64,000 nt of DNA, from the NCBI GenBank assembly GCA_046052125.1, contig JBJOMY010000003.1, positions 160,001 to 224,000 of the forward strand, given 5' to 3'. Each line of letters opens with the position of its first letter. Position 1 is the stretch's first letter. The notes under the pieces were generated by a model. The model was not told the origin of the DNA. It saw nothing but the letters and a program-made list of their open reading frames with translations, and ran no database searches. The translations under genes and the position numbers were made by a program. This DNA comes from Cyanobacteriota bacterium (GTDB lineage: Bacteria > Cyanobacteriota > Cyanobacteriia > PCC-6307 > Cyanobiaceae). This document shows positions 52,251 through 62,064 of the stretch, piece by piece.

Positions 52251-53871
52251 GCGCAACGGCTTCCGCGACGCGGATGCCATCAATCGCTGCCGAGAGGATG
52301 CCGCCCGCGAAGCCGGCTCCCTCTCCGGCCGGGTAGAGCCCGGGGGTATTCACACTCTCCAGCCGTTCATCCCGTGGTAGCCGCAGGGGTGAGGAGGTGC
52401 GTGTTTCCACGCCGGTGAGCATGGCGTCGTCCATGGCATAGCCCTGGATCTTGCTGTTGAACTGCGGCAGCGCTTCTTTCAGGGCTTCGATGGCGTAGTC
52501 CGGAAGGGCAGAACTGAGGTCGGTGAGGGTCACGCCCGGTGCATAGGAAGGGGTGACGCTGCCGGTGCTACTGCTGCTACGGCCCGCCAGAAAATCTCCA
52601 AGGCGTTGGCCTGGTGCGGCGAAGCTTTCGCCCCCCAGCTGATACGCGCGGCTCTCCCAATGGCGTTGAAAGGCCACCCCTGCCAGCGGATCGCCTGGGT
52701 AGGCGCCAAAGGGCTCCACATCGCTGGGTTCGATATTCACCACGATGCCGCTGTTGGCGTTGCGCTCATTGCGTGAGTGCTGGCTCATGCCGTTGGTCAC
52801 CACCCGCCCTGGTTCTGAGGTGGCCCCCACCACCAGCCCGCCCGGGCACATGCAGAAGCTGTAGACGCAGCGGCCATTGCTGGCGTGATGCACCAGCTTG
52901 TATTCGGCGGCCCCCAGCTGGGGATGGCCGGCGCAGCTGCCCCAGCGGGCGGCATCGATCAGCGGTTGCGGGTGCTCGATCCGGAACCCCACCGAGAAGG
53001 GTTTGCGCTCCATCGCCACCCCCTGCTCCTGGAGCATTGCGAAGCTGTCGCGGGCGCTGTGCCCCACCGCCATCACCACTTGCTGCGCGGCGATGAAGCT
53101 GCCATCGGCCAGGGTCACGCCCCGCACGCTGTGATCGCTGGGATTGAGCTCAAGGCGATCCACCCGGCTCTGGAAGCGGATCTCGCCCCCCAGCGCTCGG
53201 ATCTGGGCCCGCAGACCCCGCACCACCGTGGCCAGCTTGAAGGTGCCGATGTGAGGGCGATGCAACACCAGGATTTCGGCGTTGGCGCCGGCGGCCACCA
53301 GCTCCTCCAGCACCTTGCGGCCCAGGTGGCGCGGATCGCGCACCTGGCTGTAGAGCTTGCCGTCGGAGAAGGTGCCGGCTCCGCCTTCGCCGAACTGGGC
53401 GTTGGATTCGGGGTTGAACGGTTGCTTGCCCTGCCAGAAGCCGAAGGTGTCGGCGCTGCGCTCCTTCACGGCTTTGCCCCGCTCCAGCAGCAGTGGCCGT
53501 AGCCCCATCTGCGCCAGCAGCAGGGCGCAGAAATAGCCGCAGGGCCCGGCTCCCACCACCACGGGCCGCGGCAGTTGCGCGTTGGCGGGGGCCTGCGCCA
53601 CCAGTTGGTAGGTGGTGTCGGGGGCTGGTTGGAGATGGGGATCCTTGGCGAAGCGTTTCAGCAGCCGGCTCTCCAGGCCAGGCTCCACACCGAACTCCAG
53701 GCTGTAGGCCAGCTGGATGTTGCTTTTGCGCCGGGCATCCACGCTGCGCTTCACCACCCTGGGGGGCTCTTGCAGCTGCTCGGGCTGCAGCTTCAGGCGG
53801 CGGCAGAGGGCTTCGCTGAGGGCCTCGGGCTCGTGGTCGAGGGGCAGCTTCAGTTCATTGAGCCGCAGCAT
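52189..53871 (-). CDS. NAD(P)/FAD-dependent oxidoreductase
   Basis: VGAGPCG, FGEGGAGTFSDGKL, FCMCPGG, GEGAGFAGGI; overlaps the abrB 3' end. Confidence 0.88.
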   Translation of the reverse strand: MLRLNELKLPLDHEPEALSEALCRRLKLQPEQLQEPPRVVKRSVDARRKSNIQLAYSLEFGVEPGLESRLLKRFAKDPHLQPAPDTTYQLVAQAPANAQLPRPVVVGAGPCGYFCALLLAQMGLRPLLLERGKAVKERSADTFGFWQGKQPFNPESNAQFGEGGAGTFSDGKLYSQVRDPRHLGRKVLEELVAAGANAEILVLHRPHIGTFKLATVVRGLRAQIRALGGEIRFQSRVDRLELNPSDHSVRGVTLADGSFIAAQQVVMAVGHSARDSFAMLQEQGVAMERKPFSVGFRIEHPQPLIDAARWGSCAGHPQLGAAEYKLVHHASNGRCVYSFCMCPGGLVVGATSEPGRVVTNGMSQHSRNERNANSGIVVNIEPSDVEPFGAYPGDPLAGVAFQRHWESRAYQLGGESFAAPGQRLGDFLAGRSSSSTGSVTPSYAPGVTLTDLSSALPDYAIEALKEALPQFNSKIQGYAMDDAMLTGVETRTSSPLRLPRDERLESVNTPGLYPAGEGAGFAGGILSAAIDGIRVAEAVALTLLRQQHPAVPNESACDPA

Positions 53872-53953
53872 CCGCTGATCCCCTGGCCACTCCTGCATTC
53901 CAGCACCCGCGCTGCAGCGCTCCTTAGGGTCGGATCCCTTGCTTGGGCCAGCG

Positions 53954-54682
53954 ATGCACGCCACCTATTTCGGGGCCAATGGCTGGCTGCTCGAGTTCGG
54001 CAGCCTGCGGGTGCTGGTGGATCCCTGGCTCAGTGGTGCGCTGCGCTTTCCGCCGGGGGCCTGGTTTTTTGAGGGGCAGCTGCCCGAGAGCCAGCCGGTG
54101 CCGTCCGATCTGGATCTGCTGCTGCTCACCCAGGGGTTGGATGACCATGCCCACCCCGACACCTTGAAGCTGCTGCCGCCGGCGTTGCCGGTGGTGGGTT
54201 CGCCCACCGCCGCCGCCAAGGCCCGCCAGCTGGGCTTCCAAACGGTGACGGCTCTCGCACCTGGCGAACACGTTCAGCACGGCGAGCTATCGATCACCGC
54301 CACGGCGGGGGCGCCGGTGCCCCAGGTGGAGAACGGCTACCTGCTGCAGCATCCCGCCGGCTCCCTCTACCTCGAACCCCATGGCTACCTGCCGGCTGAT
54401 CTGCCCGCGCAGCCGCTGGATGCGGTGATCACGCCGGTGGTGGATCTGGGCTTGCCGGTGGCGGGGGCCTTCGTGCGGGGGCAAACCGTGTTGCCCCAGT
54501 TGCTGGAGCGCTTCAGCCCGCGCACGGTGCTGGCCAGCACCGCTGGAGGCGACGTGCAGTTCAGCGGCCTGCTCACGCGCCTGCTCTGGATGAAGGGCAG
54601 TTGCGCCGAAGCGGCTGAAGCGATGCCGGCGGGCAGTCGCTTGATCGATCCGCAAGTGGGTCTGCGCTACAGCCTGGGCTGA
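53954..54682 (+). CDS. MBL-fold metallo-hydrolase
   Basis: LVDPWL, TQGLDDHAH, ENGY, EPHG. Confidence 0.8.
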   Translation: MHATYFGANGWLLEFGSLRVLVDPWLSGALRFPPGAWFFEGQLPESQPVPSDLDLLLLTQGLDDHAHPDTLKLLPPALPVVGSPTAAAKARQLGFQTVTALAPGEHVQHGELSITATAGAPVPQVENGYLLQHPAGSLYLEPHGYLPADLPAQPLDAVITPVVDLGLPVAGAFVRGQTVLPQLLERFSPRTVLASTAGGDVQFSGLLTRLLWMKGSCAEAAEAMPAGSRLIDPQVGLRYSLG

Positions 54683-54759
54683 GGCTGCTGCCGCAGAGCT
54701 GCTGCATCGGCCAGGTTGGCCCTGAGTGCTCCATACGGTTGCCGGTAGTTCTATAGCCC

Positions 54760-55671
54760 GTGCGTTCCTCCGCCTCACCAACCCCACTGATCTCCGATCT
54801 CCACGCTGCGGTTGCCGATCTGCGCAGTACGTCGAGCGGCCCGGCCATCCGGCGCCTGCTGCTGTTGCTCAGCCTGTTGGCCCTTGGCGGTGTTGTGTTT
54901 TGGAGCGTGGAGTGGCTGCCCCTGAGGGTGGCTGCCGCCGTGCTGGTAGCCCTGGCGGAAACGCTGCTGTTGATCGCAACCCATGAGGCCTGCCATGGCA
55001 CCTTGCTGGGGCGACGGCGGCTGGAGCTGGTGCTGGCGGCATTGATCAGTTGGCCGATGGCCTGGCCGCTCTGCACCTACCGGCTGTTGCATGGCCTCCA
55101 TCACCGCTGGAACGGCTCTGATCTGCGTGATCCGGAACGTGTGCACCGCCAACAGGGCGGCCAGTGGCGCTGGCTGTTGCTGGCGGGTGGGGCGGGTTTG
55201 ATCCTGCGCACCGTGCAGGAAGCGCTGGTGTTGCAAGCCCAGCATCCCGGGCTGCGCCGGGCTCTGCTCGCCGATGCTCTCGGCGTTGTGGTGGTGCAGG
55301 GCCTGTTGCTCACGCTGGCGCTGCAGCACGGCCAACTCTTGGCCTACGCACTCTGCTGGCTGCTCGTAGAGCGCCTGGCGGGTGCGCTGCTGCAGCTGCG
55401 GGGTGCCATTGAGCACTGGCAGCTGTGGCGGCCTCAGAGCCATCCCTTGCTCACCCAGCTCTACAGCTCCCGCACGGTTGACGTTCCCGCCTGGGTTAAC
55501 GAGTTTCTGGGTGGCTTACCCCATCACAGCGTGCATCACGCTTTTCCGGCGCTCACTACGGCAGCGCTCCCTACGGCCACCGAACGCGTGGAGAGGGTGT
55601 TGCGGGCCCATGGCTACTCGCCGCTGCCGCGTTGCCAGGGTTACGGCCAGGCGCTCAAGCTGCTGGCCTGA
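54760..55671 (+). CDS. Membrane fatty-acid desaturase/hydroxylase superfamily protein
   Basis: His boxes HEACH, HGLHH, HSVHH; start uncertain. Confidence 0.8.
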   Translation: MRSSASPTPLISDLHAAVADLRSTSSGPAIRRLLLLLSLLALGGVVFWSVEWLPLRVAAAVLVALAETLLLIATHEACHGTLLGRRRLELVLAALISWPMAWPLCTYRLLHGLHHRWNGSDLRDPERVHRQQGGQWRWLLLAGGAGLILRTVQEALVLQAQHPGLRRALLADALGVVVVQGLLLTLALQHGQLLAYALCWLLVERLAGALLQLRGAIEHWQLWRPQSHPLLTQLYSSRTVDVPAWVNEFLGGLPHHSVHHAFPALTTAALPTATERVERVLRAHGYSPLPRCQGYGQALKLLA

Positions 55672-55847
55672 AGATCCGGGTGGACAGCTGCCGCCTGCTG
55701 GAGCTTCTCCAGTAGCGGTGCCATCCACGGTTTCCAGATCTCTGCGGCAGCGCCATGGCTGCACGGTTTGTACAGGCTGCGGGCCCGGATTGTGTTGAGG
55801 AACAGCAGCAGCTCCTGCTGCGTGAGTTCCACCGAAATAGAGCGCAT
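55641..55847 (-). CDS. Small hypothetical protein
   Basis: MRSISVELTQQELLLFLN...EIWKPWM; directly downstream of psbA on the same strand. Confidence 0.45.
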   Translation of the reverse strand: MRSISVELTQQELLLFLNTIRARSLYKPCSHGAAAEIWKPWMAPLLEKLQQAAAVHPDLQASSLSAWP

Positions 55848-55930
55848 GCCAGAGCCTCCCAAACGGGGATCAGCAACCTCTAGGGGAGGCTCTGGAGCGC
55901 GGCTGTGGCGTGCCGCGCTTCTGCAGCAGA

Positions 55931-56983
55931 TCAGCCGTTGGCCTGCGTCCGGCTGGCTAGATCCAGGGGGAACTGATGGGCATTGCGCTCGTGGATTGCC
56001 TCAATGCCGAGGTTGGCGCGGGTGAGCACATCGGCCCAGGTGGGAATCACGCGGCCCTGGTGATCGAGCACGGAGTGATTGAAGTTGAAGCCATTGAGAT
56101 TGAAGGCAAAGCTGCACACCGCCAGCGCTGAACACCAGATGCCCAGCACGGGCCAGGCCGCCAGCAACCAGTGGATGCTGCGGCTGTTGTCGCTGCTGGC
56201 ATAGGGCATGATCACGCGCCCCAGATAGGCATGCGCCGCCACCAGGTTGTAGGTGGGTTCGCGCTGGCCAAACAGGTAGCCACGGTTGATCGACTCGTCT
56301 TCGGTGGTTTCACGAATCACCGTGCTGGTCACCAGCGAGCCATGCAGCGCCGCCAGCAGTGCGCCCCCGAAGCTGCCGGCCACGGCCAGCATGTGCAGTG
56401 GGTGCATCAGCACGTTGTGCTCGGCCTGCAGCACCAGCATGAAATTGAAGGTGCCGCTGATGCCGAGGGGCATGCCATCGGAGAAGGAGCCCTGCCCCAG
56501 CGGATACACCAGCAGCACCGCCATGGCGGCGGCCCAGGGGGCTGAAAAGGCCACGGCGATCCAGGGGCGCATGCCCAACCGATAGGAGAGCTCCCATTGC
56601 CGGCCCATCCAGGCGGTGATGCCGATCAGGAAGTGGAACACCACCAGTTGATAAGGCCCGCCGTTGTAGAGCCACTCCTCAACACTGGCCGCTTCCCAGA
56701 TGGGATAAAAGTGCAGGCCGATCGCGTTAGAGCTCGGCACCACGGCAGCGCTGATCAGGTTGTTTCCCCCGAGCAGTGAACCGCTCACCGGCTCACGGAT
56801 GCCATCGAGATCCACCGGCGGTGCCGCTACGAACGCCATCAAGAACACGCAGCTGGCGGTGAGCAGGGTGGGGATCATCAGCACCCCGAACCAGCCGATG
56901 TAGAGGCGGTTGTTGGTATCGGTGATCCATGCGCTAAAGCGCCGCCAGGGATTCACCCAGGCAGCTAATCGTGTTGTTGTCAT
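55931..56983 (-). CDS. psbA: Divergent photosystem II D1 protein (D1'-like)
   Basis: [52 protein letters not shown]. Confidence 0.95.
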   Translation of the reverse strand: MTTTRLAAWVNPWRRFSAWITDTNNRLYIGWFGVLMIPTLLTASCVFLMAFVAAPPVDLDGIREPVSGSLLGGNNLISAAVVPSSNAIGLHFYPIWEAASVEEWLYNGGPYQLVVFHFLIGITAWMGRQWELSYRLGMRPWIAVAFSAPWAAAMAVLLVYPLGQGSFSDGMPLGISGTFNFMLVLQAEHNVLMHPLHMLAVAGSFGGALLAALHGSLVTSTVIRETTEDESINRGYLFGQREPTYNLVAAHAYLGRVIMPYASSDNSRSIHWLLAAWPVLGIWCSALAVCSFAFNLNGFNFNHSVLDHQGRVIPTWADVLTRANLGIEAIHERNAHQFPLDLASRTQANG

Positions 56984-57253
56984 TGTTCTGTCAGTGATCA
57001 CACGCCATTGCCCTTGAGCTCTGAGTCGGCTTGAGGCGTGTGGTGAATGGTGGAGGCGAGACGCGGATGCCAGATATGGCTGTTGGTTGTCTCAGCGGGT
57101 GCGTGCTCGCCCGGATCAACCCTGATCGCTCATTCAGCTCGCTGAGCCCGTGGGATCAGCTCCGCGTTGGAAGCGCCACGGATCTGCGGCAGGTCATGCC
57201 TCGCTGCGGTGGCTGGCCCTGATTAAACCGGGAGCACCTTCCCCCCAGGCCCC

Positions 57254-57460
57254 ATGTTCCTGCGAACCCGCGCCGATGGCTCGATCGTGGAGGTGTTGAG
57301 CTTGCCGCAGCTGTTTGATCCCTTCGCCAGCAGCGTGCAGGGTCGGTTGCATGCCGGTGAGGAGCTGCAGGAGCAGGAGGCTTTGGTTAAAGCCGACTTG
57401 ATCTTTCCTTCCGGTGAGTCGTTGCCCCGCTGCTGGCTGGATCCGCACTACCAGCAGTGA
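57254..57460 (+). CDS. Small conserved hypothetical protein
   Basis: LFDPF...GRLHAGEE...LIFPSGESLPRCW; divergent from psbA. Confidence 0.7.
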   Translation: MFLRTRADGSIVEVLSLPQLFDPFASSVQGRLHAGEELQEQEALVKADLIFPSGESLPRCWLDPHYQQ

Positions 57461-58091
57461 TCAGGGCGAGCACTTCGCCATCGCTCACCGGCTCAAAGCG
57501 CTCATACCAAGCCCCCACCGCCCAGAGGTTGTCCACCTCCGCCAGTGCGATCAGTGCATCGAGCTCCGGTCGCAGTCGGGCTGCCACCTGGCGATCGATC
57601 ACCGGCACCGCCAGCACCAGCCGGCTGGGGTTGGCTTGCCGCAGCGATTGCAAGGCGGCCCGCACCGTGAGCCCCGTGGCCACGCCGTCATCCACCACCA
57701 ACAGGGCGCGATGGCGCAGTGACGCCAACTCCGGGTCGCCGTAGAGGCGCCGTCGTCGCTCGAGCTCGCGGCTCTGCTCGGCCACGATCCGCTCGCGCAG
57801 GGCAGCATTGAGCCCATGGGCGTTGGCCGTGGTGTCGTCCCAGATCAGCACTCCGCCCGGTGCGATCGCTCCCAGGGCCAGCTCTGGTGCCAGTGGGTGC
57901 GCCAGTTTGCGCACGGCCCAGCTCGCCAGCGGCAGCTCAAGGGCGCGCGCCACTTCGGCGGCTACCACAATGCCCCCGCGCGGTAGCCCCAGCACCAGCG
58001 CATCGGGGCTCTTCCGCCATGAGGTCAGTCGTTCGGCGAGGGCGCGGCCGGCTTGGTTGCGGTCACGCCACAGCGCGGTTCCTCGAGCCAT
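57387..58091 (-). CDS. Phosphoribosyltransferase family protein
   Basis: DR..AG..LA, LGLPRGG, VRKL, VVDDGVATG, VGAWY. Confidence 0.88.
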   Translation of the reverse strand: MARGTALWRDRNQAGRALAERLTSWRKSPDALVLGLPRGGIVVAAEVARALELPLASWAVRKLAHPLAPELALGAIAPGGVLIWDDTTANAHGLNAALRERIVAEQSRELERRRRLYGDPELASLRHRALLVVDDGVATGLTVRAALQSLRQANPSRLVLAVPVIDRQVAARLRPELDALIALAEVDNLWAVGAWYERFEPVSDGEVLALITAGSADPASSGATTHRKERSSRL

Positions 58092-60834
58092 GGCGATGGG
58101 TCCTCCAGAGGGTGCGGAGCTGATCGGCAAGCAGTGGTGCCGGAATGCACAGCAGCAACCACCACCACAACTGTGATGGGATCGGCGCCATCTGGAAGGT
58201 GCGGGCCAGGGGCGGCCAGCCCTGCAGCAGGGCGAAGGCCAGTAGCTCCGTGGCGATGCCGAGCAGCAGCAGGGCGTTGGGGCGTTGCTGGATTCGCCCG
58301 CGGCAGGCCAGGGCCGTGCCCACCTGGGCCGCAACGATTGAGCCCAGGGCCACGGCAGAGGCCTGCTGCTGAACAGCGATCACGGCCGCGGAGGCGTGGT
58401 GGTGCAGCAGATCTGCCGCCAGAGACCGGAGACCCACCAGGTTCACCCCCTCGCGCCACCAGGTGAGCCCGTAGCCGCTCATGGCGAGGACCCCCTCGAT
58501 CAGGCCAAAGAACAGATAGGCCTCCTGGAGCAGCGCGCGATCCAGCAGTGGTTGGTCGCGATGGCGCGGTGGCCGGTTCATCACCTCCGGCTGGGCTGGC
58601 TCGGCCCCCAGGCCCAGGGCCGGCAGCAGATCGGTGCCCAGATCGATCGCCAGGATCTGCAGCACGGTGAGGGCTGCCGGGATTCCCAGCAGCAGCATGG
58701 TGAGGAACGGCGCCACCTCCGCCACGTTCGAGGCGAGGATGTAGAGGATGAAGCGGCGGATGTTGTCGTACACGCCGCGGCCGTGCCGCACCGCCGAGAC
58801 GATCGTGGCGAAGTTGTCGTCCACCAGCACGATGTCGGCTGCTTCGCGGGCCACATCCGTGCCGCTTTTGCCCATGGCGATGCCTACATCAGCGGCCCTC
58901 AGCGCCGGGGCGTCGTTCACGCCATCGCCGGTCACGGCCACCACTTCGCCGAGTGCCCGGTAGGCGTGCACCAGCCGCAGCTTCTGCTCCGGTGCCATGC
59001 GGGCAAACACCAAGCGGGAGCGGTATTTCAGGAGCTGGCGCAGCTGAGCATCACTGAGCCGCTGCAGGTCGCTGCCGTTGATCACCCGCACGGGGTCGTG
59101 GTCGGCATGGGCCGGCGCCTCCAACAGTCCGATCTGCCGCGCGATCGCCTCAGCAGTGAGGCCGTAGTCGCCGGTCACCATCGTGACCTTGATGCCGGCG
59201 CGGTGGCAGGCAGCGATCGCTTTGCTCACGCCGGGCCGCGGCGGATCCACCAGGCCCACCAGGCCCAGCAACACCAGCTGCTGCTCCTCCAACTCCTGCC
59301 GCTGCCCGGGCCTGCAGGCGATCGCCAGCACCCGATACCCCTGGCGGGCCATCACATCGTTGGCCTCACTCACCAGCTGCCGCTCAGCCGGCCCCAGCGG
59401 CACCACCGTGCCGGCGCGCCACCAGTGGCTGCAGCGCTCCAGCAGCTCCAGCGGCGCACCCTTGCTGCCCACCATCCAGCTGCAGGGTTCTGGCCAGCGG
59501 TGATCGCCTTGCCAGTGCAGCAGCACGCTCATCAACCGCCGCTCGGAATCGAAGGGCAGCTCCTGCAGCCGGGGCAGTCGCTTGCGCTCCTGGTCCAGCT
59601 CCAGGCCGGCGCGCTGAGCGCCCTGGAGCAGCGCCGTTTCTGTGGGATCGCCAACCTCAAGGGAGGCGTTGCAGCACAGGGCAGCGATCAACAGCAGCAG
59701 CTGTTGATCGTCTCCCCAGATGCTCTGCAGCGTCATGGCGTTGGCCGTGAGCGTGCCGGTTTTGTCGGTGCAGATCACACTCACACAGCCGAGCGTTTCC
59801 ACCGCCGAAAGCCGCCGCACCAGAGCCCGCTCCCGGGCCATCCTCTTCACCGCCAGCGCCAGCGCCAGGGTGACGGTGGGGAGCAGACCCTCCGGCACAT
59901 TGGCCACGATGATGCCGATCGAGAACACCAGGCTCTCGAGCGGCTTCACGCCGACTAGCAGCACGCCGCCGAGGAAGGCCAGCGCTCCCATGCCAACGGC
60001 GATGCCGGTGATGGTGCGCACGATCCGCCCCACCTGCACCTCCAAGGTGCTGGCACCGCGTTCAACGCCGGCACTGAGATGCGCCACCTGGGCGAACTCC
60101 GTGTCGGATCCAGTGGCGTACACCAGCGCCTGCGCCCGGCCGGCCACCACGGTGGTGCCGGCTGGTAGCAAGTTGGCTGTGTCCGATGGATTGCCCCGCG
60201 GCGGCTGGCTGGTGGCCGTGCGTGCCACCGGCAACGCCTCCCCGGTGAGCACGGCGGCATTGAGCGACAGCTCCACCGCCTCGATCACCCGGCAGTCGGC
60301 CGGCACTTGATCGCCCGCCTCCAGCTCCAGTAAATCCCCCGGCACCAGGGTTTCCACCGGTAGGAGCTGCAGGGAGCCATCGCGCCAGACCCGCACCTGC
60401 CGAGGCAACACGTTGGTGAGGGCCGCGAGGGTGCGTTCGGCCTGAAAGTCCTGCCAGAAGCTGAATACTGCATTGATCAGCACCACGCTCCAGATCGCCC
60501 AGCCGAGTTCGGGTGTGCCGGCGAGAAAGGCCATCGTTCCCGCCACCCACAGCAGCAGAGCCATGAAGTGGGTGAGCTGATCGCTGAAGCGCAGAAGGAG
60601 GGGCCGTCGCCGCTGCGGCGGGAGCTGATTGGCTCCGAATCGCTCCAGCCGGATCGCGGCCTGGGCACTGCTCAAGCCTTGGGCGCTGCTTTCAAGGGCA
60701 CGAAGGGCTGTTGCTTGGTCGAGGCTGCAGATCGGCGGCGAAGCAGTGAGTGGCACAACACCGGTTCCTGGCTGTGGTTGCTGACTAGCGCCTTTGCGGA
60801 GGCCTGTCGCGTCTTCATCGTGAATGGGCTGCAA
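58063..60834 (-). CDS. Cation-transporting P-type ATPase (P2C, Na+/K+-ATPase-like)
   Basis: IGIIVANVPEGLLPTVT, CTDKTGTLT, KGAP, TGDGVNDAPAL, SNVAE, ILAIDLGTD; start uncertain. Confidence 0.9.
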   Translation of the reverse strand: MQPIHDEDATGLRKGASQQPQPGTGVVPLTASPPICSLDQATALRALESSAQGLSSAQAAIRLERFGANQLPPQRRRPLLLRFSDQLTHFMALLLWVAGTMAFLAGTPELGWAIWSVVLINAVFSFWQDFQAERTLAALTNVLPRQVRVWRDGSLQLLPVETLVPGDLLELEAGDQVPADCRVIEAVELSLNAAVLTGEALPVARTATSQPPRGNPSDTANLLPAGTTVVAGRAQALVYATGSDTEFAQVAHLSAGVERGASTLEVQVGRIVRTITGIAVGMGALAFLGGVLLVGVKPLESLVFSIGIIVANVPEGLLPTVTLALALAVKRMARERALVRRLSAVETLGCVSVICTDKTGTLTANAMTLQSIWGDDQQLLLLIAALCCNASLEVGDPTETALLQGAQRAGLELDQERKRLPRLQELPFDSERRLMSVLLHWQGDHRWPEPCSWMVGSKGAPLELLERCSHWWRAGTVVPLGPAERQLVSEANDVMARQGYRVLAIACRPGQRQELEEQQLVLLGLVGLVDPPRPGVSKAIAACHRAGIKVTMVTGDYGLTAEAIARQIGLLEAPAHADHDPVRVINGSDLQRLSDAQLRQLLKYRSRLVFARMAPEQKLRLVHAYRALGEVVAVTGDGVNDAPALRAADVGIAMGKSGTDVAREAADIVLVDDNFATIVSAVRHGRGVYDNIRRFILYILASNVAEVAPFLTMLLLGIPAALTVLQILAIDLGTDLLPALGLGAEPAQPEVMNRPPRHRDQPLLDRALLQEAYLFFGLIEGVLAMSGYGLTWWREGVNLVGLRSLAADLLHHHASAAVIAVQQQASAVALGSIVAAQVGTALACRGRIQQRPNALLLLGIATELLAFALLQGWPPLARTFQMAPIPSQLWWWLLLCIPAPLLADQLRTLWRTHRHGSRNRAVA

Positions 60835-60966
60835 TCAGAGCCGCAAGCGCTGTTGATCCTTGCGGGGTTCTAGAACGCAAGCGTTGGATCCCTAAGACAC
60901 GCACAGGGTTGGCTCAGTGCCTTGGCGTTGCTGCAACTGAAAAGAACGCACTGGGGCAACGGGCGC

Positions 60967-62064
60967 ATGCAGCGCTACGGCCTGGTTGCCGCCATGGTGT
61001 TGGTGGGTGGCGTATTGGTGCGCTTGGTGCACGGTGTTGTTGCTCCGGCGCAAGTGGATGACGCGCGCCTGGTCGTGCCATCCAGCCCCTTGGTGCCGGC
61101 TACGGAGCTTGTGGTAGCCCAGGAGCATGGCCGCCTGGGTCATCTCTATGTGCGTGAAGGGGCTGCAGTCGCTCCCGGACAGGCCCTGTTTTCGTTGAAG
61201 CGCGATCTCGAGATCGAACAGGATCTGGTGGATCGAGGGTTGGCGCGCGACATCACAGAAGTGAATGCTCAGATTCGCGAGTCGCGCCGGGCTCTTGATT
61301 CCTTGGCTGAGCGTTTGGTGCTCACTCGACCTGTGGCGAATCCGCAGTTTGAGCAGCAGATCGCCCTCGCTAGGCAGCGTTTGGATCGGCGCATCACGCT
61401 CTGGCTATCCGGTGGCCTGAGTCGCGATTTTGTGGATGAAGGTGAGGAGCGTCTGCTGCGTTTGAAGCGCGATGCCGCTCAGTGGCGGGAGGATCGCCAG
61501 AAGTTGGTGAGCTTGCAGCAGCTCATTCGGCAGCAGAACGCCCGCTTGGACGGGTTGTTGCAGCAGCAGACACAACTGCGCAGCAGCGATCTGCAACGGC
61601 GCGCCGAGGCGCGCGTGCATCCACCACTTCAATTCAACGAGCAGAGTCATCTCGCTTACGCCACTTATCGCGCTCCTGCTCGCGGCACGGTGCTGCGGCT
61701 GCTGAAGCAGCCCGGCGAGGCTGTGAAACCTCGCGAAGCGGTAGCGATTGTGCAGAAGGATCTGCCGCCTCCGGTGGTGGAGGCCAGGGTTCCGTGGTCG
61801 GGTCAGTGGTTCTTGATGCCTGATCAGGAAGCAAGAGTGGAGATCCCCTCGCTCCGCCAGCGCTACGACGCCCAAGCCGTTGCCGTTGATCATGGTGGAG
61901 ATGGTTGGCAGCGCGTGCGGCTGGCGTTGAAAGGGGTTCCAGCCACCGAGATGAGGCGTTTGCTGGCCTTGCCTGGAGAGCCGGTGCGCTTGACCATTCC
62001 CCAGGAGCATCTACTGGTGCGCTGGTTGCGTACACGGGAGCTGAAGGCCTGGGCCTCACCGTGA
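60967..62064 (+). CDS. HlyD/membrane-fusion-protein-like secretion protein
   Basis: N-terminal TM; split lipoyl-like halves (G.LGHLYVREG..V..GQ.L and APARGTV...GE.V) around a long coiled coil; TTG 60922 is an alternative start. Confidence 0.72.
   Translation: MQRYGLVAAMVLVGGVLVRLVHGVVAPAQVDDARLVVPSSPLVPATELVVAQEHGRLGHLYVREGAAVAPGQALFSLKRDLEIEQDLVDRGLARDITEVNAQIRESRRALDSLAERLVLTRPVANPQFEQQIALARQRLDRRITLWLSGGLSRDFVDEGEERLLRLKRDAAQWREDRQKLVSLQQLIRQQNARLDGLLQQQTQLRSSDLQRRAEARVHPPLQFNEQSHLAYATYRAPARGTVLRLLKQPGEAVKPREAVAIVQKDLPPPVVEARVPWSGQWFLMPDQEARVEIPSLRQRYDAQAVAVDHGGDGWQRVRLALKGVPATEMRRLLALPGEPVRLTIPQEHLLVRWLRTRELKAWASP

Noticed and set aside
55931..56983. Chlorophyll f synthase or rogue D1
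   Set aside because: All Mn-cluster ligands and the A344 processing site are present, and no far-red gene cluster is in view.
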